From Klebsormidium nitens (taxonomy: Eukaryota > Plantae > Klebsormidiophyceae), in contig DF237001.1 of the NCBI GenBank assembly GCA_000708835.1, positions 62,001 through 126,000 of the forward strand: DNA of 64,000 nt, written 5' to 3'. The notes beneath the pieces were generated by a model. That model was not told the origin of the DNA and made no database searches. It saw only the letters and a list, made by a program, of their open reading frames with translations. Made by a program: the position numbers and the translations under genes. Below are positions 1 to 13,152 of this stretch, one piece after another (positions within the stretch are counted from its first letter, which is position 1; each line of letters starts with the position of its first letter).

Positions 1-29
1 CGGACGCGATGCAGCGCCGCAGCAATTAC

Positions 30-1926
30 CTGCACAGGTTGCCGTCCAAGCGGCCTTCAATTGCTTCTGACGTGGGTTGGAGGTCGTTTTCCAGGAGGCT
101 GTAGAAGCTCATGATCTGCAAACGAGGGGCACAACCATCCGAATCTGAGAAAGTGATGAGTCGAAGCGCCGACCGAGCGAATTTTGTCAGATATTGCCTT
201 AGTGTGGATGATGTCCTTTCCAGAGAAGGGCAGGACGAAAACTGGACAAAAACAAAATTCAGATCCTTGTGCTTGAGAAATGTGCCCTCTAAAAATTGCT
301 CTTCTGTAGCAAAAGCACTCTTGGTTCCTGACCCCTTTTTCAGGTGCGCATCAGAGATCAGAGACGTTTCAGTCCAGCATAAGAGTTCGTCAACGTTCTC
401 GAAAAGGGCCTTGTCACTTGGAGTTGCATTTGCATGATCGAAATTTGAGTTTGGAGCATGCACGGTCATCAAGGATGAAAAAACTTCGAAGAGGAGTTTG
501 GACGAGTGAATATCTGCAGGCAAGGTTTCCTGAGCAAGCGCACAAGCAGAAGCACAAGACAAACTGAAACTACCTGCCCCTAAACCGGCCTTGTTTTAAA
601 AAGCCCTCAACCTGAACATGCTCTTATGCTGAAGAATGCTTCCTGAGGTCCAAACTCTGAAGATCCTGCCAAGGGGTCTTCATACAGAACTGACACCACC
701 CAGCTTGAAAACCCTGAGAGCCTGCTTGATAGAGAATATCTATTCCATGCACAAGCAGGGCAGTGCAGATAAATTGAAAACCTGACCTGAAGGTTGCCAT
801 GAAATGTCAGATTGAAAAGTTTGAGTTTGCAGAATCGACTCATGGCCGCCATTGCCCCAATGCGACTGATCTCTTACTCTGTCTCCCCTCTAAAAAGAAA
901 TGATACTAGAGTTCCGGTGTGTTTCGACTATCATCCAGGTTTCATAAGTCCACTGGATATCGACCATTACTACAAATTATTGTTTTGAGAAAAGCAAACC
1001 GGAACCGGATAGTGAAAGAATCTAAGGAACCAGGCTCGTCTATCAAAAATCGGAGTGTTGGAGAACGCATCGTGCATGTTGATAGAGTTGTGGGCTTTCT
1101 ATGAATCCCAGCAGAAGCAGAAAACTGCCTCAGAAGCAAAGAGGAGCACTCACTCCAAAAAGCTCTCCTAGAATAGTTCCTCTGATGAATCTTTCTAAAA
1201 CCTTTCACTTGGAAGCCCTGATGACAGCACTGATCATGCAACCTTCAATGAAAGCAGCCCCCAAATGCAGAAAAGTAGAGCAAAAAGTCCTAACTGGTGC
1301 GGGGAAGATTTTAATAGTCTTCAAAGCATGAAAAGCCAGAAATGTACGACATAATATTGGGCCTTGAGATCAAAGAGGGAAGGACTTTCAAAGAACACAC
1401 CACCAGGGAACTGGCCTCAGAAAAGTGCCCATCATTCAAATAGGTCTAGTCCAATGAAGACGAAGCAAAGCAAACTTTTCAAATTTTTCGTAAAAGTGCC
1501 CACCATTCCAGCAGTGCAGAAACCACACTGCGTTCCGTCCTTCTCCACAATCGCCTTCTGCAATGGATGCATTCCCTTCTTCCCATCCTTCAGGCCCTCG
1601 ATTGTCGTCACCTCCAAACCCCCCACCGAACACAGGGGCTGCAAGCACGAGTCCACTGGCTTCTTCCACGCTGGCAGTCCTTCCCTGGGGGGCGCCGCCA
1701 GGACTACAGTGCAGGCTCCACAGCCCCCCTGATTGCAGCTGATCTTGGTTCCAGTTAGCCCCACCTCTTTGCGAACGTAGTCAGCTAGTGAGCGGCGAGG
1801 ATCAGGGTTTTGCACAGAGATGGGCTTGCCGTTCAGTGTGAAATGGAGCTCAGTTGCACCAGGACCGACGGGAGGGGGGTTGTTGCAGGGCTGTTGGGAC
1901 GCCCCCGGAGGCAAGAAAGGCGCCAT
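30..1926 (-). CDS. Aldehyde oxidase / xanthine dehydrogenase family molybdo-flavoenzyme, 5' part (exons 1504-1926 and 30-115; continues off the left edge)
   Basis: Exon 1 encodes FTLNG...GLTGTKISCNQGGCGACTV...DSCLQPLCSV.GLEVTTIEGL...HPLQ...QCGFCTAGM. After a GT..AG intron, exon 2 encodes IMSFYSLL...IEGRLDGNLCR followed by a GTAATT donor. Both [2Fe-2S] motifs of the XDH/AO family are present. AO versus XDH cannot be decided from this part. Confidence 0.92.
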
Positions 1927-4660
1927 GGTTGCGCAATGCTGTGGACTTGTCAAGTGAGCAGTTGGTTCATCGAGCAAAAACAGCGCGTCTGCGGCTGGGC
2001 TCCCAAGTCTGGCAGGACTTCACCCCGCCTCTGCTCCTCATTTAAGCCACTTCAACTTCTCAACATGCTTGCGCTGCATTCATCGCTGTGGCCCTACCTG
2101 TGCAGCTCGCCGCCAGCTCTTGAAAACGTCCTACCGCAACCCCTTCCCAAACCCGCGCGACGCCCAAGCCTAGCCAGCGCGGCCGCGCGCGCAGCTTAAT
2201 AACGTGATCAATCCGGCAAGTAGCGGACGGCTGTGGATAACTTAGCACTTATATGACAAACAGCGATAATCTCGTATAGCCGCACTTGGCTACATGTGCA
2301 GAGGTTGTTAAGAAAGCTCGCGTCCCAGCGTCTTGGACATACTTGTGTGCGATTATTATTATTAGGCGAGCAGAATTCAAATGATTGTTTCACTAACAAA
2401 ATGTCGAAGCTGTGTTGCATTCTTCTTCCTCTTCAACCACTACGCTGAAACATTTGGATTCGTCATTCATGAGTGAAGAGTCTATAATGACCATGATCGA
2501 AGCGCTGCCGGTCATGCATGTGCTATACCAAAATTTGTATCGATCATATTATAAACGACGTTTGCGACGTTGGATTTCTGCACAGACTTTCGTGCGCGCG
2601 AAATGGATGCAACCTTGTGTTTGAAAGTAATCACAGCACGGGACCTCAGCGAAAGCTCCACGACGCAGGGGTGCTTAGAGTCGCACGCTGAAAGTGATCT
2701 TTTGCGGCCGAACAATTATGGCAGGCAAGCTCATAATGATTCGGAGAACTGGCAGGACTGTCTTCGTGAAAATAGCTGCAGCTGGATCGGACATGACGCA
2801 GAATCATGTCAAAACGACCTCAAAAGTGCGTCATCATGATGTTTATCGGGCTGCGCTGCAAGCCAGCTCCCGTGATTAATGTAATGAGCCGGTGTGCCGA
2901 AAAAGACAACTTGAACAGTATGAACATTTGACTACCCGAGCATTCAGGTTCGCATCTGGAAATGAGTTCACAGTTCTTCATGTACAACAAAACTTCCAAA
3001 CGGGCCCTCCCGACTTCTAAATATAGACGGCCAAGTGGATAGTAAGAGTTTGAAATTTTCGAATGACTCTCTGGCTGTACTGGAGGGCTGATCTGCTTAC
3101 TTGACAAAAAAAACCGTATAGGCGAAGTGACTCACTGACTACTTAGGTAGCACGAAGACTCCCACTTAGGTCATCACGCCTTGGCGGAACGTCGTCCGGC
3201 CTCACTTATAGCAGGAGGAGTCCGCACAGGAATCACCTCGGACAATTGTTACAGGAAACAAATTTTCTACCGTCGTCGAATCTGAGTTTCTGAAAGATAT
3301 GATCAGTCATATCATGCAAGCACACCACACTCAAAGCAACTAGACTGCCAATCTGGTTTCAGCTTCGACCTCTACCTTGGAAAGGAAGGCGCTGATTTAT
3401 CAAGGGGTCTGATCAATAAGTCACTTCTTTCACCTGTATTTGAAGGAGGAAGATTTGTCAGATCCAGAGGCGAAAGTAGGAAGTGCAGACGAGACTGACC
3501 ACTTCGCTTTTTGTGGAGTTTCAAAGCTGATCAATCTTAGGAGTTTGGCTGCGCAAGCTAGATCTGATTTTCAAACAGCCAGAACGTCCACCAGTCACAC
3601 TTGACCAACTTTGACGGATCGACCCTGAGCGAATTACCGAATGCACGCCTGGAATTGGAGTATAGCCTCGACTGTTCTCTCCTTTCCGAAACTCATTGCT
3701 GGGCTTACACACTAGTCGCCTCTTTGCAAAGATCGCCCTATGCATTCTCCAGGGGTGATCAGTGAGCTTTCTCGACCAGACTGGGGCTTTTATTTTTCTG
3801 ATATGACTCGGAACACTTGTGTTTCTGCTTCTGTCGACAACCCACCATCTGGAGGCCGTCTGGGCAGGCGTGGTTGACTTCGATTCGGCGGAGCTAGTCT
3901 TCCAGCCTCTGAAAAAGTTTGCGGTCAGCTTCACGTCATCCTGTACGTGAGGAGACAAGAAGCTTTTTCTACGACATCCACCATAAGTGCTGGCCGAACA
4001 CTTTCAGCGTACTACTGGATCGAAGGTTGGAGCAAGCGAACAGATCTGATAGTATCACACTTTTCCTGTATCGCTCTTCAACACGGTCAAGGTCGCAAAC
4101 GTCTAGATAACCTGGCAGGTTTTGCTGTCAGACCCAGACGTTTCGGGCCTTAACCGACACCTGTCCCGCTCTAACCTGACTCTGCACCTTTGTCAACCAG
4201 GTTTCTTCCGTCGGGTTCTCAGACAGATGTTTGCAATTTGGCATTCCTCACTTCGGAATGAAGTGCTTCATTACAATGATGATAAACGGCTTCATGAGAC
4301 AGCAGCCGAGCACCAATTCCGCAGGGTGCATGACGAATCACCTGGGAACAACTAGATTCATCCAATACCCACAGGGAAGAGAACTCTGAGTGGAAACTCG
4401 TTGCTCGTCTGCAAACTCATGGCAAGCGAAGCAAAGGCAAGCGTGGCCTTCTTGCACAGGTCAGAAGTCACATCAGCCCTAGTAAGAAGCGTCCCCCTAA
4501 TATGGACCTTTCCTACGTGAACCAAATAACGGGAGAGTAACACTAAGCCACACTTATCCTTCTTTTCGTCTTCTCACCTTCACACCAGTGCTCTTGGGAA
4601 GGGGCACCTTGTCCCAAGCAAACTTCCTGGGCACCTCACGCGGCGCGGGATCGACCGGCC

Positions 4661-5172
4661 TCACGTCTCGTCAGCATCACCCTTGCTCTCCGTTGCTTTT
4701 CTGTCAAAGCAATTGGCAAGAGTCCCACAGGGCTTCCCTGTCAAAACGCACCCTGCATCCTCGTCGCACTTCCAGTCTTTCACCGGGAGCTCGAGAAACA
4801 TGTCCGAGTCTGTTTCCCCGTCACCCATAGCCGAAATCTGAACCTCAGTCTTGGCTGCATCCAGAAACAGATTTGTCGGCGAGCCCCTCTTCTGAAAAAG
4901 GGGGATGCAGCTCGCCACGAAGTGACCGTTTCTGCACAGAATCACTTCTGGAATCCAGTTTTTGAGGGTCTTGGGGTTACGAGGGTCAGTGTTGGGCACG
5001 ATCTGAAGAGCGCACGATGAACGGCGCTTCTCATAATGTCCACGTGGCGCGCAGCTGCTGTTTGTTCAGGCGAGCCGCGCTCGTCGACGATGACCCATTG
5101 CTTCGCAGTCGCAACGGAAGAGCCGCAGTTGCGAGCGCTGCAGACGATCTTGATGTCCTTCACACCGCCCAT
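4661..5172 (-). pseudogene. Frameshifted paralogue of the 18792-19511 Cys/His protein
   Basis: The 5' frame (MGGVKDIKIVCSARNC...RHVDI) and 3' frame (SCALQIVPNTDPRNPK...EVILCRNGHFV...PTNLFLD) both align to the 18792 protein (32/49 identical in the core). They are joined by a frameshift at about 5018-5040 with no intron-sized gap. Confidence 0.75.
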
Positions 5173-7350
5173 AATCCGAGGATAACGTTTGTAAACGCCA
5201 ACTGGAGAGGGAGAAAAGCGCCTTTCTCGAACGCGCAGATAGATAAAAAGATCTCCTGCGCCTCTTTCAGCATTTGAAATGCTAACAGAAGTTTTTCAGC
5301 TTTTGGGCCAGAGCATTGGTGGTCCAGCTGGACCACCTACAAAGCCCACGGACCTTCAAGCGCCATACCTTGAGCGGCTGTTAAGTCCTCCTTTATGGGG
5401 TGAAGCCGAGCCAAAGCTTTTGACGTGACTACCATCGACTCAGTCCCACCATAGTTGAGAAGCGGCGAACCTATACTACCCATACTCGCATCAGCCTGAC
5501 GTTTCGCCCAACTCAATTATACACCTTCAGGATATACCCCAATCAACTCTATCGTTGCAGATCTGCCCACGAAACCTTCGGACTTGACGGTATACCGTAC
5601 CCTGGCGAACATCCCGGGGCTTACATATAGCAGCAAGCGCTATAGGCGTACCTTGATAACATGCTAATATCAAACTACCAGCCCTCTCTTAACATTTTGG
5701 CAGAAGCCTAGCTGCTGCGTGATGCTGCATATGGAAAGCAGCCGCGCATGTAAAGCAAACAAGTTACATTAGACCAGCTAGCCGCCGAGAGTGCTAGGGG
5801 AGGTTGGCATCAATCAGGTAAATGAACAGATCCACTTGACAATACGATACGGTCGGATCGAAAACATCCGTGATCCCATACCAATTGACAAATTAGCCGG
5901 CCGGCCGCCTCACATAACTTTCACAGGATTTGGGGAATTATGCATGATATTTGAGTAGTCGATAATAGCATGTAACCATCGGCCCGCGCTCAGTCAATCG
6001 TAGCTTGACCTGCCGGGCTCTGATTTCTTTCTGGACGCGAACGCCGAATTTCTAATAAGTCTCTGGCCATGTTGTCTTATCAAATGATCAAGTCAAGCAT
6101 AATTGAATATCACTTGAAACACTGCACGGGATATATTAAAGCCACCAACGCTCGACTCGGATTGAACGAACAATATTCGGGATAAGGCGCTTCTTCTCAA
6201 TCCACGTAGCGGCTGCTTTGTACGTCGGCTCGCATCAAGGCCCACGCGGCACACAATGATGCGACCGGAGCCTGCGTGTGTACTAAAACCTACCCGGCAG
6301 AACTGGGTCACCTTGGCGGCCGCCCGGTGGACGCGATGATGAGTGTACTGGACTTCTCCTTAGGAAAGTCCACAACGACAAACACTGGCGACTTGCACAC
6401 TGAGTGATGGGATACTGAACAGCAATCTGTTGACAAGCCAACCGTCTAGATAGAATCGCTCACTCCTATTCACGGCTCTGTTTGGTGTTTGGTGTCAAAG
6501 TGTGGATAAGCAGAAGCGATCATATGGCATCTCTGACTGCAAGGTCGATACTTCAAAACCGCCGGTCGATCTGGGCCTAACAAAGCACGCCTTCGAACCG
6601 GTTCGGAGGGTGGGTTCCAAAACCTGCAAAACGAGACAACTCCTGCTTTCCACTTTGCCACGAGAGTCTTGGGATCCATGCTTCTCAATGCCGATTGCCT
6701 GACATTGTTTTCGTATTGGAAGAAGCACTTGAGCCGAGCCGTACTCCTACAGCAACAGCAAGATGAGCAGGGACTGACAAGCAAGAAGACAATGAGCCTC
6801 AGGCTTAAGGAGGCTCAAAGGCGCCAGGAGTCTTCTTTCTGAAAAAAATTGAATTGGAAGGGCGCGTCGTCCGGCCTAGGATGACCCTAAAGGGATTTTG
6901 ACAATGGTCAAAGCGTCCCAAGGAAAGATAAGGGAGCAGGAAGGTCGCACACCGACAAAACACTTCTTCGCTCAGCTGGTGCCTAGCTGAAAGCTCGCGT
7001 AGAGTACTTCATCATTTGGAAGCCAGTAGTCAAGCACCTCAAGCTGCATAAAGAACAGTGTTTTGCGACTTTTTTATTGGTCGGTCAGAAGCTCGGACGG
7101 TATGGATTCACTGAAGGAGTAGCCCTCTTCAAAAGTCCTGGATTCCAGACACACCGACCTCGAGTCAACAGGTAGAGCAGGGCAGATAGTGCTTCATGGA
7201 GAACTCGAAGCAGACAAGGTCACTTACTTACTCTTTCTGCTAGGCCGACGTGCACTTCTCACTTGTCCGGATGCACACTGCCCTCGTCCCGAATGCCCTT
7301 CGCAAACACCCCGGACAAGCTCCCACGTCGAAAGAAGGGCCGCTAGACCG

Positions 7351-9874
7351 TTACAGCTCCGTCGTCAGCTCCGCTTCCTCATAGGGTACCGTCTCTGAAA
7401 TTTTCGCCCCCGTTTCGGGGGGTATCCGCTCTCCCCCTCCTTCGCTTGCTGCAACGGCCCGTTCCAGAGGCGCCCCATGAAGTCCCTCCCCTTGCGTAAC
7501 CTGCCCAACACCTTTTGCAAGACGGCGAGCGCTCCTCACGGGCTCCGTTTCTATGCCTTCGAACTCCGGTGCCTCCGAAGCGCCCCCGTTCGCCTGTCCG
7601 TCTACTGCTTGACACCGGTTCCCCAAGCTTCCCCGCTCACCACCTCCAGCTTTCGTCACTGCAGACTCCCCCAAAATCTCAGAGTTATTCCTTGCGCTCG
7701 ACACCTCCCCGGCCGCTTTCCGCTCATCAGTGCCGCTGTGCCCATTCACTCCCGAAGCCTCAGCCCGATGTCCCCATTCGCTGACGCCTTTGGCCCCATT
7801 CACACTCCCCCCCCTTGCAGCATCCCGTTCCTCCAGACGCCTCAGCCGCGCATCGAATCCGCTCAGCGCGCCCGTGACCGCCCTCTCAATCCTGAGGCAT
7901 GTGCCCTCCAAACCCTCCAACCTCCGCAGAATCGCCCCTAGAGTCGCTCCCTGCTCCGCTGACCCGCCACTTACATTCTCTTTTTGATGTGTGGCCTCAT
8001 TTCTGCACTTTTTTCCATCTACATTTTGAGGATCGTTTCCCTTCTCTGTCCCCAACAGCTCTGCCTTATCAGAAACGGATTCTTGATTAGGCGTAACTCC
8101 GTTGGGCAAAACGCCTCTGCTGTTACCGATCGCCGCCATCAGCGCGGATAGGTTCACCGGCGGCCGCTGAGCACTTCCACTAGCTCCGCTTGCTGAACCT
8201 AGGTGAGCCGCACCGGGTAGGTGTGAATTCCTCCTCCCTGCTTTCAAGCCCTGCATCGACGCCATAAGCTGAGCCAGCCCCTCCGGAATTGCAGGGTGTG
8301 AACGGCCACCGCTCGCTGCGCCCTTATTCACACTCCCATTGTTCGCTTGTGCTGGACTGCTACTCATCTCTTCCACCCCGGTGCGGTTGCTTTGGCGAGC
8401 CTCCAGGTTGATTGCACTATGTTCAGGCGGAAGGAGGTGTGAAAAGGCACCGGGCAACTGAGGGATCCCCGGGACTCCGCTGCTAAAGAGCGGCCCTAAA
8501 GCAGGTAACAGGGGCGCAAGCGCAGAAAGCGAACTGCCGGTCAGACGCGGAGGCGCCACCGACGTCGGGCCTCGAGAAGCATAGATTCTGATAGGGTCGA
8601 TTTTTAATTCGGCCTTGTTCTGAAGAGAGACAAACTTGAGACGGAGAGACGTGAGCGCTGGCCCCCTCGCAAGCTTGATGCCACAGGAGTAAAGGGGCAC
8701 CGACGTTTCTGCTGGTTTTACTGTGGGGGGTGAACGGTGAGGTCTGGACTCAGGGCCGGAAGACCCATCCGATTGCCCCTCCTGACTCTCTTGCGGTGTT
8801 TCATGGCTTGTCTCTCGGGGGGGAGGAAAAGTAGAGGCTTCCGGCCGGGACTCCAGACTACTCGGCTTTGTGAGGGTGGCAATCGCTGGGGGGCTCGGGG
8901 AGGTTTCCTGACGGCTAGTCTGGCGGGGGGGTGGCACAGGCTGGGGGCGGTTGGGGGGTACTCTTGATGGCTAGTCGTCCGGGGGGATGGGAAAGCTGGG
9001 GAAAGGTGGGGGNNNNNNNNNNNNNNNNNNNNNNNNNNNNNNNNNNNNNNNNNNNNNNNNNNNNNNNNNNNNNNNNNNNNNNNNNNNNNNNNNNNNNNNN
9101 NNNNNNGGGAAAAGCTGGGGAAAGTGGGGGGGACTCCTGATGGCTAGTTTCCGGGGGGGTGGGAAAGGCTGGGGGGGTTGGGGGGGCCTTCTGCTCCACT
9201 CCGCGGACCGTGCAGACGTACTCGTGGTCTTGGCTGCCGAGTTTGCGGGAGTAGACCTCGCAGGTTCGTGCTGTGCTGGAGAGCTTGATGAGGGAGACAA
9301 AGAAGGAGGTTTCCGGGAAGTCTACTGCAGGGGAAAAGCGTTGTGAGTTAGACAGGGAAAGTTTAAGGGTCAGGTTGGTCACTACAACCTTCCGGCAACG
9401 AAGGTTGAGGCATGTGTTCTCAGCCTATTCAATGAACAAGGCCAAATACAAGCAGCGTGCATTGAAGCGCAAGTGCATATCTTTGTGCCTGGGTGCAAAA
9501 TTCAAGATATCTGATGTTCTTATAATCTGCGCCCATTGGGAGAATTTGCCGAGCGCTCTCTCACCGGGCCTCTTCTATATCTACTTCACGCCGCATTCTC
9601 TCCTTTTGAACGAAAATTCACGCGAGTCATAACAGAGAACCGCCATAGACTTCACCAGCTTGAAACGCTGAAGAGCGCTCTTTCAGAGCTCACACTTACT
9701 GGTGATCTCACAAGGAGCCGGTTGGTCCGGCTGACCCAGGATCATGCGCTCACTGGCTTGCACAGGCTCGTTTCCCTCTACATCTTCCCAGTCTGCATGA
9801 CTACCCTGGGTTAGCACCACTGCAGAGTCCAGAGTCCCACTGCAGACTTTCCATCGCGCCCTGGCCGACCACAT
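7351..9874 (-). CDS. PAAT/DUF4506 (C10orf88)-like protein with Pro-rich linker and coiled coil; spans the N gap
   Basis: Exon 9700-9874 encodes MWSARARWKVCSGTL...PAPCEIT and ends at a GTAAGT donor. Later blocks are STARTCEVY...EYVCTVRG, LYSCGIKL...SLRLKFVSLQNK...IDPIRIYA and LRRLEGLEGTCLRIE...FDARLRRLE. These match the block order I recall for the plant members of this family. Internal exon boundaries at 9300-9700 and across the gap are unresolved. Confidence 0.65.
8830..9190. repeat. G-run-rich degenerate minisatellite (~50-54 nt unit) flanking the assembly gap
   Basis: The core 'gatggctagt' (degenerating to 'gacggctagt') recurs between G5-G8 runs. On the minus strand the units read PPETSHQE / TTSHQE / QTSRQE / ETSHET. 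Confidence 0.75.
9013..9106. other. Assembly gap (94 N)
   Basis: Run of n characters in the sequence. Confidence 0.99.
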
Positions 9875-10421
9875 ACTGACAACTTCCAGCAGGCTTTAGA
9901 AACCCTTATTAGCCAAATTGAGATGTCTGATTATGAGCAGCTATGCATATTTCACTAACGCGCCTCGATTCAAAGAAAAGGCTTTCCAAGAATGCAAGAG
10001 GGAAGCGTCCCTCTATGTTTTTCAATCCGGCAGCACTGTGCAACTCTGCCACCCTCCAATCCAGCCCGTACCTGTAGAAAAGCTCACTCCTTCCTTGCAG
10101 CTAAACTCTTAGACGACTAGCGCCCGCCCAGCTGCATTGTGCAATTACCGAGATACTGAGCAGATTGTCCAGATCTGGCTTTCGTCAGGGTTTTCTCTCG
10201 AATCCTATGCAAAGTAGCCGGTAATTCACACTGCGACAACTTCAGCGCACTAGCGCCGTGGAAACATTGTACCAGTGTCAACTACCGGGTGTCGTGGAGG
10301 AAGACATCTGCTACCTTCGCCAGCCTGTATTGCAAGGACGAAGCAGAAGCATATCCGATTCCTAGACAGCACAGATTGAGCTGCATTGTATCAAGGAAGG
10401 CGCCCGCTTGCGTCCCCAATC

Positions 10422-11954
10422 ATGGCGGTCGACCCTATCGACGTGGACGACTTTGCCTCGCAGCTTCTGTCTGACAACTCCTATGAGCTCACAATGGCAA
10501 TGCTGAAGGGTCCAGAATTGCAAGAGGCGGAAGTCGCTGGCAGCACTTGGCCTCCGAGGCTCCTACAGGAAGTGGCCATCTACGGACAGGGTTCTGTCCT
10601 CCAAAAGTTGATCAGGCAGATTCTAGCGGGAAAAGACAAAGCAGGCGCGGGGCCAGGGTATGCATTTGATATAGAGGGGGGGAACTCGTTGGGGTTTGCC
10701 GCCATGGGTGCCCTGACTATGGTGACAATGAGCAGGCCGGCAGCGCAACTGTGCCTAGCGCTGCATGAAGGGTTTGAGCAGCGGCTGTTCCAGATGTTTC
10801 TGGAGAACGCAATGTTGATAAGAGCGTTACCCGATTGGGACTCAGACCCGCTCATGTACGCCTCCTTCGGTATCGAGCTCGTTGCAAACCTGGCCCGCGT
10901 GTCGGCCGCGCTGCGTCAGATAATGCAAGGAATTTCGAGGTTCGTCCCCCTTCTGGAGTATCTCGTGTCGGTCGAGCATGCCAAGAAAGCGCGCCCTGAG
11001 GCCGTCACGGGAATACGGACGCAGGTTGCGAGGCTTATGCTCGTCCTGTCGGTGTCGCCAGACTGTCAAGAGTGGTTCAGGGAGTCAGGGTTAGTGAGGG
11101 TTATCACAACCATCTGTGAAACCACCAAGCCAGGGGCAAAGGGGGAGGCAGTCATGGCCTGTCTCGTGGCGCTGCTCAGAATGTCGGAAAGTCCGGAAGG
11201 TCTTGCAATCCTGAAGGCGCAGTCAGCCCTTATGTCAATCTTGAAGCGCCAAACCAAGAAAATCAATTCGCAGTGCCCCGAGCTCTGGAGGCCGCTCGAA
11301 CGCAGGCTCTTCCAAGGCCAAGACAGAAGCATTCCTGCCTTTGGGGCAGGAGATAAGGAGATCTGGAAGCTTGCGCGTAAGACGGGCTTCAATGGCATGG
11401 CAGTCACGTGTTCACTATCAAACTGCACGACAAAGCAGGAATATGTGTCTGGGACAAAGTTCAGCAAGTGCGGGCGCTGCGGCGTTGCGCATTACTGCAG
11501 GTGAGTACTGGCGACAAGGCCGCTTCTTTGCTGAAGTCCGAGAATTTTCACCATCAGATGTAGAGTTCCGCATATGATCATTGTGCAATGTGATTTCTGT
11601 TTCTTGACGCCTCCTTGCTGACTTGTGTACATGCTGCACCTGCCAAATAAGCAGCAAATGGATGGGGGGGGAATGATTGAAAGTCAAATGCAGTCCGTTA
11701 TAAGTCGCAGTCCGCATCACTGGTGTTGGAAACACTCGTGCAGGAGTTCGTTATGTATCTGTTTGTGATTGTTCCTGAGCGGTAAAAAGTCAGTCTTTCA
11801 CCTTGGAAGTCATGACTCCAATCTCGAAATGATTTGGAAATCGTGCTGACATTCACATTTCTCCTGCAGCAAGGAGCATCAGCTGCTTCATTGGCGGACA
11901 CACAAAAAGCATTGCTTTAAGAAGGAGAAGATTCCCGGGACTGATATCGGCTGA
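10422..11954 (+). CDS. MYND-type zinc finger protein with a helical (ARM-like) N-terminal region (exons 10422-11500, 11870-11954)
   Basis: The splice AG|gtgagt...ctgcag|C joins CSLSNC...KCGRCGVAHYCS to KEHQLLHWRTHKKHC, giving a complete MYND motif. Stop TGA at 11952-11954. The ARM-like assignment is inference from the Leu/Ala-rich helical pattern. Confidence 0.9.
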
Positions 11955-13034
11955 GATTCCGCGCACATTAGATTAAAGCGAAGATGGACCATTTAATGGA
12001 GGTTGGAATCCGTCGGGAGAGAGTAGAGATTTGCCAAAAGGTCTTCTTTTGGAGTCTCATTCGAGTCATGAGCTGATTATACAGGTCACTTGCTTCGCGA
12101 TCCTCCGTCGTAAATTCTTTTGTCTGTTGCTTTGGCGCGAAGGTGCAGCGCGGCAGTTAGAAGGGAGTAACCTTTGAGTTCGTCAAAGTCGGAATGCAAT
12201 TCGTCCAATCGAACGATCCAAGTACGCAGCCACCAGGCGCATCAGGTCGAGCTAGTCCAATGTATGACTGCGTTTCATGCAATGATGTCTTGATGTACTA
12301 CGAGGGTAAAGCGATTCAGTGCCACCGACCGACCACATACAAGATTTTCTGTTCCAGCTTAGTACGTGTAGCTGTATATAGTAGCGATTGGGACGAAGGA
12401 ACCTGACGGCCCAGCGATTAGAGAATTTTATGCGCGGGAACTTCGGAATCGTGCACACTGATAACTTTGCCCGTCAGCCATCATATTGAACCGGTGGTTT
12501 CGATTGAGCTTACAGAGCAACCGGCCAGTACGTATGTACAGTCATTGCATTACAGTCACGCGCGCAGCGCTTCGGATTTACGCGCATGAGAACTGAAATT
12601 ATATGGCAGTCACTGGTGATCAGGTTCGTGCTGCCTGTGCGGTCGTGGCGCGCAGTCATTGAGCTACTGAGGGATAGACCAGGGCAGCCGTGGCAATTCA
12701 GGTCAAGTCTGTTTCGACTGGCTTGGCCGGATGAAAAGCTCGAAGGGGACTTTATGATATGCGACGTTTTCGAACAAGAAGGTTGTTACGCATCGGCCAA
12801 CACTGATCACATGTCAGATCAATGGTGATCACAAGATTTACTGCTACCAATTTGTCGTCCGAATTCAATCCCTAATCTCAGGCCTGAGACGGACACGAGA
12901 CGTGCCGCTTATCTAGAAAGCCCCAGGCCGATTGTGGGGACTTGCTTATCATATCATATGTCCATGTGATCACTGCTTATGGTACGTGTGCTGACGTATC
13001 TTGTGATGACCTATTCGGTCGAAGCACCCGTCAT

Positions 13035-13152
13035 TGTAGGAACACAGTGACGTCACATCAGTGGCAGGTAAACAGATGGAAAAAGCTATAACGGTGCGGA
13101 ATCAAGTTCTGCGAGCAACCCACTGTAAGAACACAGTGACGTCAAATCACTG
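13035..13152. repeat. 29-nt direct repeat pair, each containing the palindrome TGACGTCA
   Basis: tgtaggaacacagtgacgtcacatcagtg (13035-13063) and tgtaagaacacagtgacgtcaaatcactg (13124-13152), 26/29 identical. Confidence 0.85.

Noticed and set aside
116-562. ~150-codon open frame in the AO intron, in phase with exon 2
   Set aside because: No recognisable motif, and ORFs of this length are common in the ORF track. Exon 1 splices cleanly to 115.
919-1104. Plus-strand ORF containing STGYRPLL, resembling the CTGYRPI motif that follows GNLCR in AO/XDH
   Set aside because: It is on the wrong strand, the flanking residues show no AO similarity, and the true next exon lies beyond the left edge. Treated as coincidence.
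3780-4350. Protein-like plus-strand fragments, possibly paralogous to 13520-13870
   Set aside because: Only faint similarity (H-K...SV..D.R), with frameshifts and stops. I cannot support homology or a gene model.
6300-7190. Protein-like stretches on the plus strand (GRYFKTAG..., LKARVEYFIIWKP...)
   Set aside because: No start, family motif or consistent splice chain; possibly a decayed gene or TE but unsupported.
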